A DNA stretch of 35,352 nucleotides, taken from positions 83,824,001-83,859,352 of the forward strand of contig NC_079170.1 of NCBI RefSeq assembly GCF_947568905.1. Direction: 5' to 3'. Shown here one piece after another: positions 25,080 through 34,935 of the stretch (positions are counted from its first letter, which is position 1; the number at the start of each line of letters is the position of its first letter). The notes beneath the pieces were generated by a model. That model made no database searches. It was not told the origin of the DNA and worked only from the letters and a program-made list of their open reading frames with translations. The translations under genes and the position numbers were made by a program. The stretch comes from Ostrea edulis. Taxonomy: Eukaryota.

Positions 25080-25446
25080 TGTAACAGGAAGGGAGAAAAT
25101 GCAACGGGAGAAAACCGTGATTCGAACCTGGGCCCCTGAATCTCTAGTCAGGTGCTCTCTACCAACTGAGCTAACTGGCCACCGGCGATTGAACCCGCCG
25201 GCTGACCGCTACATTCCTCCCTCCTTAAATTTCTTCACACCTGAAGATACCCAGAATATGTATCCCTTGGCAGGCATTTTCACCTGTCAGTTTTAGGGGC
25301 TGGTCTACGGCACCAATTGTATCAGGAAGGGAGAAAATGCAACGGACCAGACCGGGATTCGAACCCGGGTCCCCTGAATCTCTAGTCAGGTGCTCTACCA
25401 ACTGAGCTAACTGGCCACCAGCGATCGATCCCGGCTGACTGCTACA
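25080..25446 (-). mobile_element. Complete TRIM (mini LTR retrotransposon) with tRNA-like sequence in both LTRs (Helenus-type)
   Basis: Minus strand: 5' LTR 25446-25318 (TGTAGC...GATACA), 2-nt spacer, PBS TGGTGCCGTAGAC (25315-25303), PPT AAGGAGGGAGGAA (25226-25214), 3' LTR 25213-25080 (TGTAGC...GTTACA). The 4-bp TSD TGTG lies at 25076-25079 and 25447-25450. Confidence 0.92.
25344..25416 (-). pseudogene. tRNA-like cloverleaf inside the 5' LTR (Pol III boxes A/B intact; 8-nt anticodon loop, not a canonical tRNA)
   Basis: GGCCAGT-TA-GCTC/AGTTGGTA/GAGC-A-CCTGA/CTAGAGAT/TCAGG-GGAC-CCGGG/TTCGAAT/CCCGG-TCTGGTC-C. The 3' LTR copy is more degraded (AG insertion, broken T-stem). Confidence 0.8.
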
Positions 25447-25969
25447 TGTGTAACAAAATATGAATATGGGGAATAAATATATGGGGTGTGAGAGAGAGGG
25501 GGACATTACATCAAACATAGATTTATAAATAAACATTTAACTCCGGTTTGATTTGAACATTGTCTAGATGTTATAACAAAAGGATTGAACACAAGTTCAA
25601 TTGATTACACAAGTTCTTAAAACTTAATATGCTCACTCCTATATGACAATTGATTATGCATATGATAATGTTCAAGAAATGAAACCCAAAGGTCAAAAAT
25701 GATTTGCTTTCATAAAGCAATTATATAATAAATCTGTAGATAATGATATATTATGTACGATTGATTGATATATACATGAATATACTATTATTGATTAATA
25801 TATGCATGTAGTACGCAACCAAAGTTATATTTCAATTTTTGTGCATTTGATACTAACAGTGTGGGAAGATCAAGGGTGCCAATAGAACTTGTAATTTTAT
25901 TGATTTTTATAATTTGACTGTTAGGCAAAATCAAAATTGATGTTACATATTGCGATTTTATGACCTTTC

Positions 25970-26330
25970 ATGAAAAAGTGAAGATAATTAACAAACAGCG
26001 ATCAATCTCGTACTCCTATAAAGAATACAGGATTAAGAGTAGGGCAAATATGGATGCCTGGACACACCAGAGGAGGGACCAACTTACTGCCTAGGAGGAG
26101 AAAGCATCCCACTGATCGGTCACACCCGCCGTGAGCCCTATATCTTGATCAGGTAAACGGAGTAATCCTTAGTCAAAATTAGTATGCAAAGAATGGCCTA
26201 ACAATTGGTATGAAACACATCAGACAGCTAGCATTTAACCTAATGAATGGATGTTTTACAAGTTGTAAAATGCTGACTTTAAACAAGACTGTTGGAACCC
26301 TTGTAACATCAACTTATTTGTTGGTAGCTT
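25970..26330 (-). mobile_element. Older 5'-truncated fragment of the same Penelope-like family (end of RT plus 3' terminal region)
   Basis: Its reverse complement aligns by eye to 31056-31432, for example GGAGTAATCC, TCTTGATCAGGTAAACGG, GGTCACACCC.CCGTGAGCCC, CCTGGACACACCAGAGG and AAGTGAAGATAA, with substitutions and an internal deletion. Confidence 0.92.
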
Positions 26331-26430
26331 GTTACAGTTTAAAGATTGAGTATATATACACAGAAGTTTAAGTTTGACCCAGTGTAGGGAAATGCCATGC
26401 TTACACTATAGTGTTAATGTTTAACTTTAG

Positions 26431-26610
26431 CTTGGCATCATACATTTCATGAGTGTGGTGACGTCTTCCGATGTAAATCATGAAGACGAGACTGTTAATC
26501 TTTTGACTACATCAGGTGAAATACAATGAGTGAGGACACAGAAGAAAAGAAGAAGCTGGCATCTTTTGTCAAATCTGTTCACAAGGATCTCAGGAAAAAA
26601 TTCAAAACAG
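26431..26610 (+). other. Candidate exon with ATG at 26526 (MSEDTEEKKKLASFVKSVHKDLRKKFKT, phase-1 donor)
   Basis: Acceptor GTTTAACTTTAG|CTTG, ACAATGA start context, 28 open codons, donor ACAG|GTAAAA. No downstream exon was found in the window. Confidence 0.3.
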
Positions 26611-26850
26611 GTAAAATATAATAACCTTCACTTATTATCCATTTCTGATTGATTAAATGTACTGATTTTAGACATGTTCTTGTCCACCAGAATAAGTCTA
26701 AATCATATCAATGTATAAAGAATTCCATGTGGAACTACAGATCATTGAATTGACTGTTAATTATCACCCCCCCCCCCCCCCCAACACCCAAAGTTCTTTG
26801 ACTGTTTTGAAATTTCTGCAATGTCAAAGAAATATTCTGTAAAAATATCA

Positions 26851-28132
26851 TTAGCTTCCAAGTGAGCTTTTGGGATCACTTTTTGTTTCAGCGTCTGTCT
26901 GTCTGTCCGTCTGTAAAATGTTCACATTTTGGACTTGTCAAGAACCACTGGGTTAATGTCAACCAAATTTGCTGCAAAGCATGCCTGTGTAAAGAGTATT
27001 AAAAGGTTTGTTCAAATAAAGAGCCACATCCTTTTCCAAGAGAAGACAATTACAAATTAGTGAAAATTTTGTGACATTTTTAAAAATAAAAATCTTCTCA
27101 ATGAAAATCTGTTAGGCCAATTTCAGTCAAACTTGACACTAATCATCCTTTGGTAAAGGGTATTCAATTTTGTTCAAATGAGAGACCATGCAGTCTTCAA
27201 AGGGAAAATGATTAAGAAAAGGCAACAATAATAAGGAGTCATGGCCAAAAAAGTTGAAATTTACATTAAGCTTCCTGACAAAAAGCAGATTCAAGTTTGG
27301 TCAAACCATGTCCCTGGGGGGTTTGATGGGGACACAGTAGGGGTCAAAGTTTTACAAGTTGATATATACATGTAGATAAAATCTTTAAAAGTCTTCTTCT
27401 CAAGAACAACAGGGCCATGGTTACTATATGTTAATATTTAAGCATCCCCTGATAATGCACATTCAAGGTCTCCGGAAGTAGGGTGCAGTAGGAGGTCAAA
27501 GTTTTACAAGGGAATAATATATAGGAAAATCTTCATCTCAACAACAGTAAGGTCATGCTTAGCCATATCAATTTGCAATTAAGCTTCTAATCGTACTTGT
27601 ATCTTGATTCAAGTTTGATCAATTCAGAGGAGGCCCCTAGGGGTAGGGCGGGGCCACAATATATCAAAATTTCAAATGGAAATATACAGGAAATTCATTC
27701 AAACAAATTCTTTTCAAGAGTAGCAGGGCCACACTAAATCATATCAAAATGAAAATATTCTCAAGTGGTGGTCAAGGTTCAAGGTTGTTTTTTAATGCTC
27801 CCATGAGTATAGTGCAGGAGTATATTGTTTTTATCCTGTCTGTCTGTCTGTCTGAATACCATGATCTTTGACCTTGTGACCTTCTCCTTGTGACCTTCTC
27901 CAGAACAGCAAAGTCACGTGAATTATATTGGTATTGAGGTTACTGGCCCATGTTGTGTGAATTCAAGTTCCATTATGTCATGACCTTTTGGGGGAAGTTG
28001 GACTACGATATGGGTTAAAAAAAAATCATGGTATTAAAGATTGAAAAAAAAAATGTCAAAATTCACAACTAAATAGTAGCAGGTCTGAGGTGACTCGGGT
28101 GAGTGATATGGCCCCTGGGTCCCGATTTTGTT
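26851..28132 (-). mobile_element. Second HINE/pearl-like element with ~140-190 bp core repeats, opposite orientation
   Basis: Left end TTAGCTTCCAAGTGAGCTTTT..GATCAC with a GTCTGTCTGTCTGTCCGTCTG microsatellite. Repeated TCTTC(T)CAAGAAC..C.GGGCCA cores. Right end CTCGGGTGAGTGATATGGCCCCTGGGTCCC resembles the reverse complement of the 5' end at 18835. A nested (TCTG)n-bearing fragment lies near 27770-27900. Confidence 0.75.
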
Positions 28133-28323
28133 ATTTTTACAGTACCTGATCTAAGATAAAATATCACTATTCACTTTTTAAAAATGAAAGGAAAAAGAAA
28201 TTTGAAAAATATAATCAAGTTTTGTTCAAAGTATAAGAAATTACATGTATTTTGATATCATAACGTGTATTGATAAAATTGGTACCGTATAAGTTTTACA
28301 ATATAATTGAGTTACATATATGC

Positions 28324-29653
28324 TAATTTTATAATGTGTGTATTGATAGAAGTCATTTTGATTTTATAATATGTTGTGTATTGATAGAATTCATGTTGAT
28401 TTGATAATGTGTTCTTGATAGAAGTTATGTTGATTTTATAATGTGTTTTTGATAGAAGTCATGTTGATTTTATAATGTGTGTATTGATAGAAGTCATGTT
28501 GATTTTATAATGTGTGTATTGGTAGAAGTTATGTTGATTTTATAATGTGTGTATTGATAGAAGTTATGTTGATTTTATAATGTGTGTATTGATAGAAGTT
28601 ATGTTGATTTTATAATGTGTTTTTGATAGAAGTTATGTTGATTTTATAATGTGTGTATTGATAGAAGTCGTGTTGATTTTATAATGTGTATTGATAGAAG
28701 TCATGTTGATTTTATAATGTGTGTATTGATAGAAGTTACATTAATTTTATAATGTGTTATTGATGGAAGTCATGTTGATTTTATAATGTGTTATTGATAG
28801 AAGTCATGTTGATTTTATAATGTGTTATTGATAGAAGTTATGTTAATTTTATAATGTGTGTATTGATAGAAGTCATGTTGATTTTATAATGTGTGTATTG
28901 ATAGAAGTCATGTTGATTTTATAATGTGTTATTGATAGAAGTCATGTTGATTTTATAATGTGTGTATTGATAGAAGTTATGTTGATTTTATAATGTGTGT
29001 ATTGATAGAAGTCATGTTGATTTTATAATGTGTTATTGATAGAAGTCATGTTGATTTTATCATGTGTTATTGATAGAAGTCATGTTGATTTTATAATATG
29101 TTATTGATAGAAGTTATGTTGATTTTATAAAGTGTTATTGATAGAAGTAATGTTGATTTTATAATGTGTGTATTGATAGAATTCATATTGATTTTATAAT
29201 GTGTTATTGATAGAAGTTATGTTGATTTTATAATGTGTATTGATAGAAGTAATGTTGATTTTATAATGTGTGTATTGATAGAAGTAATGTTGATTTTATA
29301 AAGTGTTATTGATTGAAGTTATGTTGATTTTATAATGTGTATTGATAGAAATAATGTTGATTTTATAATGTGTGTATTGATAGAATTCATATTGATTTTA
29401 TAATGTGTTATTGATAGAAGTCATGTTGATTTTATAATGTGTGTATTGATAGAAGTTATGTTGATTTTATAATGTGTTTTTGATAGAAGTCATGTTGATT
29501 TTATAATATGCATGTGTATTGATAGAAGTCGTGTTGATTTTATAATGTGTTATTAATAGAAATAATGTTGATTTTATAATGTGTTATTGATAGAAGTCAT
29601 GTTGATTTTATAATATGTGTATTGATAGAAGTCATGTTGATTTTATAATATGT
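28324..29653. repeat. 33-35 bp minisatellite, left arm (about 39 units)
   Basis: Unit TTGATAGAAGT(C/T)ATGTTGATTTTATAATGTGT(GT)A; copy number estimated from length. Confidence 0.97.
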
Positions 29654-31432
29654 AATCTATTATGAGTTCTGTCGAAGATTATGTCAGACGATGGGCTAAA
29701 TATGAAAAAAAAGAACTTGATACATTTTCAGAATGGGTTAAAAGCATAAGAGGGATATTAAAATCCCGCATTAGACACATGAAAACAAAAGTACGCACCA
29801 TCTATCCTTCTGTGTTTAGTAAACCAGAAGTGATAAAAGAATTAGATAGGTTACATGAGGAATATGTTTTGGTTCCAGCTGACAAAGCTAGTAACAACAT
29901 TGTCTTTGTTTGTAAGGCTCATTATTACAACTGTATTTTAAACGAACTTTGCATTAATCCCACTTTTGGTAATCATACTTATACTCCAACTGCCCTTTCA
30001 AAAGACGAGATTCTTCAAAACCATGCTTCAGTTTTAGATACATTTGATATTTCAGTCAATGGGTCGAATGAATATGAGTTACCGTACCTATACTGGATTC
30101 CTAAACTACATAAAAACCCTTACAAACAAAGATACATTGCTGGATCCAGTAAGTGCTCTACCAAGCCCCTATCTTTGCTCCTCACGAAAATGTTAACAGC
30201 TGTGAAGGAGAAACTTCAAACTTACTGTGCGACTACATATGCCAGAAGTGGTGTTAATCAAATGTGGATTCTAAAAAATTCTAAAGAACTTTTAGTAAAC
30301 TTGAAATCACAGAATTTTTTCCAAATCAATAGCATTAAAACCTATGACTTTTCAACACTATACACGACCAATCCTCACGATAAATTAAAGACTAGACTTT
30401 TTGACATCATAGACAGTTGCTTCTTTAACAGAAACAGAAATATTCATATCTAGTGATCAGTCATTCAAAAACTTACTTTGTTAAACACCACTCTGATTCC
30501 ATGCACAAGTACTCTGAAGGTGAAATAAAAAATACACTAGAGTTCCTCATTGACAATATCTTCGTGGTCTTTGGTGATCAGGTCTTCCAACAGTCTGTTG
30601 GACTTCCCATGGGCACGAATTGTGCTCCTTTGTTAGCTGACCTGTTTTTATATTCATATGAAGCAGAATTTATTCAAAAACTTCTACGTGAGAAGAAAAA
30701 ATCTCTCGCTGTGACCTTCAATTCGACTTTTAGATATATCGATGACGTTTTGTCTATTAACAATGATAGCTTTCATTCATATGTCGATTTGATATATCCC
30801 TGTGAGCTCGAAATAAAGGACACCACAGAGTCGTCCACTTCTGCTTCATACTTAGATATTTTATTGAAAGTAGACATTAACGGCAAACTGACAACTCAAC
30901 TGTATGACAAACGGGATGATTTCAGCTTCTCCATCGTCAACTTCCCACATTTATGTAGCAATATTCCATTATCACCTGCATATGGTGTTTATATATCTCA
31001 ACTGATTCGATATGCAAGAGCTTGTTCTGGGTATAGTCAGTTTTTAAATGGAGGTAAGCTACTGACAAACAAGTTGATGGTACAGGGATTTGAACAGTCT
31101 CGATTGAAGTCAGCATTTCGCGAATTCTATGGTCGTTATAATGATCTAGTTCGTGAATACAACCTCGCATTGGGTGAAATGCTGTCTGACGTGTTTCATA
31201 CCGATTGTTAAGCCGTTCTTGGCACACTGATTTGACTGCGGATAACTCCGTTTACCTGATCAGGATATGGGGCTCACGGTGGGTGTGACCGGTCAACAGG
31301 GGATGCTTACTCCTCCTACGCACCTGATCCCACCTCTGGTGTGTCCAGGGGTCCGTGTTTGCCCAACTATCTATTTTGTATTGCTTGTAGGAGTTATGAG
31401 ATTGATCACTGTTCGTTATCTTCACCTTGCAT
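29654..31432 (+). mobile_element. 5'-truncated Penelope-like retroelement (probably Naiad, N-terminal-endonuclease clade) inserted in the minisatellite
   Basis: The RT ORF is followed by a stop and a ~220-bp terminal region ending ...TTATCTTCACCTTGCAT, with no C-terminal GIY-YIG. Both flanks are the same minisatellite, with no TSD and a 2-nt AT overlap at the 3' junction. Confidence 0.85.
29662..31211 (+). pseudogene. Penelope-like reverse transcriptase, frameshifted and N-terminally truncated
   Basis: Motifs VLVPADKA, LYWIPKLHKNP, YDFSTLYT (A), QSVGLPMGTNCAPLLADLFLY (B), RYIDD (C), YLD, and SNIPLSPAYGVYISQLIRYARACS (thumb). One frameshift at about 30429-30440 joins the two ORFs (...CFFNR / KYSYLVISHSK...). 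Confidence 0.93.
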
Positions 31433-34400
31433 TGATAGAAGTCATGTTGATTTTATAATGTGTGTATTGATAGAAGTCATGTTGATTTTATAATGTGTGT
31501 ATTGATAGACGTTATGTTGATTTTATAATGTGTTATTGATAGAAGTCATGTTGATTTTATAATATGTGTATTGATAGAAGTTATGTTGATTTTATAATGT
31601 GTGTGTATTGATAGAAGTAATGTTGATTTTATAATATGTTATTGATAGAAGTTATGTTGATTTTATAATGTGTGTATTGATAGAATTTATGTTGATTATA
31701 TAATGTGTTATTGATAGAAGTCATGTTGATTTTATAATATGTGTATTGATAGAAGTTATGTTGATTTTATAATGTGTGTGTATTGATAGAAGTAATGTTG
31801 ATTTTATAATATGTTATTGATAGAAGTTATATTGATTTTATAATGTGTTATTGATAGAATTCATGTTAATTTTATAATGTGTGTATTGATAGAAGTCATG
31901 TTGATTTTATAATGTGTGTATTGATAGAATTCATGTTGATTTTATAATGTGTTATTGATAGAAGTCATGTTGATTTTATAATGTGTGTATTGATAGAAGT
32001 TATGTTGATTTTATAATGTGTGTATTGATAGAAGTGATGTTGATTTTATAATGTGTTATTGATAGAAGTGATGTTGATTTCATAATGTGTATTGATAGAA
32101 GTTATGTTGATTTTATAATGTGTGTATTGATAGAAGTTATGTTGATTTTATAATGTGTATTGATAGAAGTCATGTTGATTTTATAATGTGTATTGATAGA
32201 AGTTATGTTGATTTTATAATGTGTGTATTGATAGAAGTCATATTGATTTTATAATATGTTATTGATAGAATTAAGTCATGTTGATTTTATAATGTGTGTA
32301 TTGATAGAATTCATGTTGATTTTATAATGTGTTATTGACAGAAGTTATGTTGATTTTATAATGTGTTATTGATAGAAGTCATGTTGATTTTATAATGTGT
32401 GTATTGATAGAATTAAGTCATGTTGATTTTATAATGTGTGTTAATGATAGAATTCATGTTGATTTTATAATGTGTGTATTGATAGAAGTCATGTTGATTT
32501 TATAATGTGTTATTGATAGAATTCATGTTGATTTTATAATGTGTTATTAATAGAAGTTATGTTGATTTTATAATGTGTGAATTGATAGAAGTTATGTTGA
32601 TTTTATAATATGTGTATTGATAGAAGTCATGTTGATTTTATAATATGTTATTGATAGAATTCATGTTGATTTTATAATGTGTTATTAATAGAAGTTATGT
32701 TGATTTTATAATGTGTGTATTGATAGAAGTCATATTGATTCTATAATATGTGTATTGATAGAAGTCATGTTGATTTTATAATGTGTTATTGATAGAATTC
32801 ATGTTAATTTTATAATGTGTTATTGATAGAATTAAGTCATGTTGATTTTATGATGTGTGTATCGATAGAATTCATGTTGATTTTATAATGTTTGTTTTTG
32901 ATAGAAGTTATGTTGATTTTATAATGTGTTATTGATAGAATTCATGTTGATTTTATAATGTGTTATTGATAGAAGTCATGTTGATTTTATAATGTGTTAT
33001 TGATAGAATTCATGTTGATTTTATAATGTGTTATTGATAGAAGTTATGTTGATTTTATAATGTGTGAATTGATAGAAGTCATGTTGATTTTATAATATGT
33101 GTATTGATAGAATTCATGTTGATTTTATAATGTGTGTATTGATAGAAGTCGTGTTGATTTTATAATGTGTTATTGATAGAAGTCATGTTGCTTTATAATG
33201 TGTTATTGATAGAATTCATGTTGATTTTATAATGTGTTATTGATAGAAGTAAGTCATGTTAATTTTATGTGTGTATTGATAGAATTCATTTTGATTTTAT
33301 AATGTGTTATTGATAGAAGTCATGTTGATTTTATAATATGTTATTGATAGAAGTCGTGTTGATTTTATAATGTGTTTGTATTGATAGAAGTAATGTTGAT
33401 TTTATAATGTGTGTTTTTGATAGAAGTTATGTTGATTTTTTAATGTGTTATTGATAGAATTCATGTTGATTTTATAATGTGTTATTGATAGAAGTCATGT
33501 TGATTTTATAATGTGTTATTGATAGAATTCATGTTGATTTTATAATGTGTTATTGATAGAAGTTATGTTGATTTTATAATGTGTGAATTGATAGAAGTTA
33601 TGTTGATTTTATAATATGTGTATTGATAGAATTCATGTTGATTTTATAATGTGTGTATTGATAGAAGTTATGTTGATTTATAATGTGTGTATTGATAGAA
33701 GTTATGTTGATTTATAATGTGTGTATTGATAGAAGTCATGTTGATTTTGTAATGTGTTATTGCTAGAAGTTATGTTGATTTTATAATGTGTTATTGATAG
33801 AAGTCATGTTGATTTATAATGTGTGTATTGATAGAATTCATGTTGATTTGATAATGTGTTCTTGATAGAAGTTATGTTGATTTTATAATGTGTTTTTGAT
33901 AGAAGTCATGTTGATTTTATAATGTGTGTATTGATAGAAGTTATGTTGATTTTATAATGTGTATTGATAGAAGTCATGTTGATTTTATAATGTGTGTATT
34001 GATAGAAGTTATGTTGATTTTATAATGTGTTATTGATAGAAGTCATGTTGATTTTATAATGTGTGTGTATTGATAGAAGTTATGTTGATTTTATAATGTG
34101 TTATTGATAGAAGTCATGTTGATTTTATAATGTGTGTATTGATAGAAGTTATGTTGATTTTATAATGTGTATTAATAGAAGTCATGTTGATTTTATAATG
34201 TGTGTATTGATAGAAGTTATGTTGATTTTGTAATGTGTTATTGATAGAAGTCATGTTGATTTTATAATGTGTGTATTGATAGAAGTTATGTTGATTTTAT
34301 AATGTGTATTGATAGAAGTCATGTTGATTTATAATGTGTTATTGATCGAATTCATATTGATTTTATGATGTGTTATTCATAAAGTTGATTTTATAATGTG

Positions 34401-34473
34401 TGTGTATTGATAGGGGTTATGTTGTTTTTATAATGTATATATTGATAGAATTCATGTTGATTTTATAATGTGT
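31431..34473. repeat. 33-35 bp minisatellite, right arm (about 89 units)
   Basis: Same unit as the left arm; variants GAAGTC, GAAGTT, GAATTC and GAAGTA; copy number estimated from length. Confidence 0.97.
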
Positions 34474-34499
34474 CCTGATTTACAATAACTCTCCAGCAA

Positions 34500-34935
34500 G
34501 GATTTATGTAGTACTATTGTTAGAATAGGAGTAGTAATAGTTATATAGTAGTATATTTGTATTATTATTAGTAGTAGTAATGGTAGTAGTAGCAATTGTA
34601 ATAGTAATCATAGTTTGTTTGATTTACATCCCATTGAGAATATTTCACTGATACTGAGACGTCACCGCTGAAGGTGAAGTACCACAAAATTAGACCAATG
34701 CTTAGCGCTCTGGGTCGTAGTAACGAGAGTTCTTTATCGTGCCAACGCGACGCGGGACTTCCATTTTTATGCTCATGCCGGAAATATCCTTGATTCTCAC
34801 TTCTAAATGCCAAGCGTTTGGCGAAGGAGCAATTAATACACCTGTGGCTGCCATTGCGCGAGCGGAGCTTGAACTCACGCCCTTCCGATCACGAAGTAGT
34901 AATATCGGTAGTAGTTGTAATAGTAGTAGTTGTAA
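34500..34935. repeat. Degenerate (TAG/TAA)n microsatellite interrupted by a SINE
   Basis: GTAGTAGTAATGGTAGTAGTAG on the left and GTAGTAGTTGTAATAGTAGTAGTTG on the right of the SINE. Confidence 0.75.
34613..34896 (-). mobile_element. tRNA-derived SINE (Meta-like middle domain), 5' end clipped, (CAAA)n tail
   Basis: Minus strand: box B GTGAGTTCAAGCTCC; GTCCCGCGTCGCGTTGGCACGATAAAGAAC; 3' GGTGACGTCTCAGTATCAGTGAAATATTCTCAATGGGATGTAAATCAAACAAAC, resembling the tail of the 17.5 kb SINE. Confidence 0.8.

Noticed and set aside
25344-25416. Functional tRNA-Ser(AGA) gene
   Set aside because: 8-nt anticodon loop, short variable arm (Ser tRNAs have a long one), acceptor mismatch, and location inside an LTR.
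25225-25536. ORFs 25075-25296 and 25225-25536
   Set aside because: They overlap the TRIM LTR and tRNA-like sequence and have no protein-like features.
31212-31432. Hammerhead, HDV-like ribozyme or SECIS in the PLE tail
   Set aside because: No CTGANGA...GAAA core; I could not build a consistent HDV P1/P3 by eye; there are no in-frame TGA codons needing a SECIS.
30937-31458. ORFs 30937-31227 (-) and 31267-31458 (+)
   Set aside because: Antisense shadow of the RT and a chance frame in the element's terminal region.
28324-34473. Regular ~34-bp periodicity suggestive of a CRISPR array
   Set aside because: Head-to-tail tandem units with no unique spacers, no cas genes, and a eukaryotic context.
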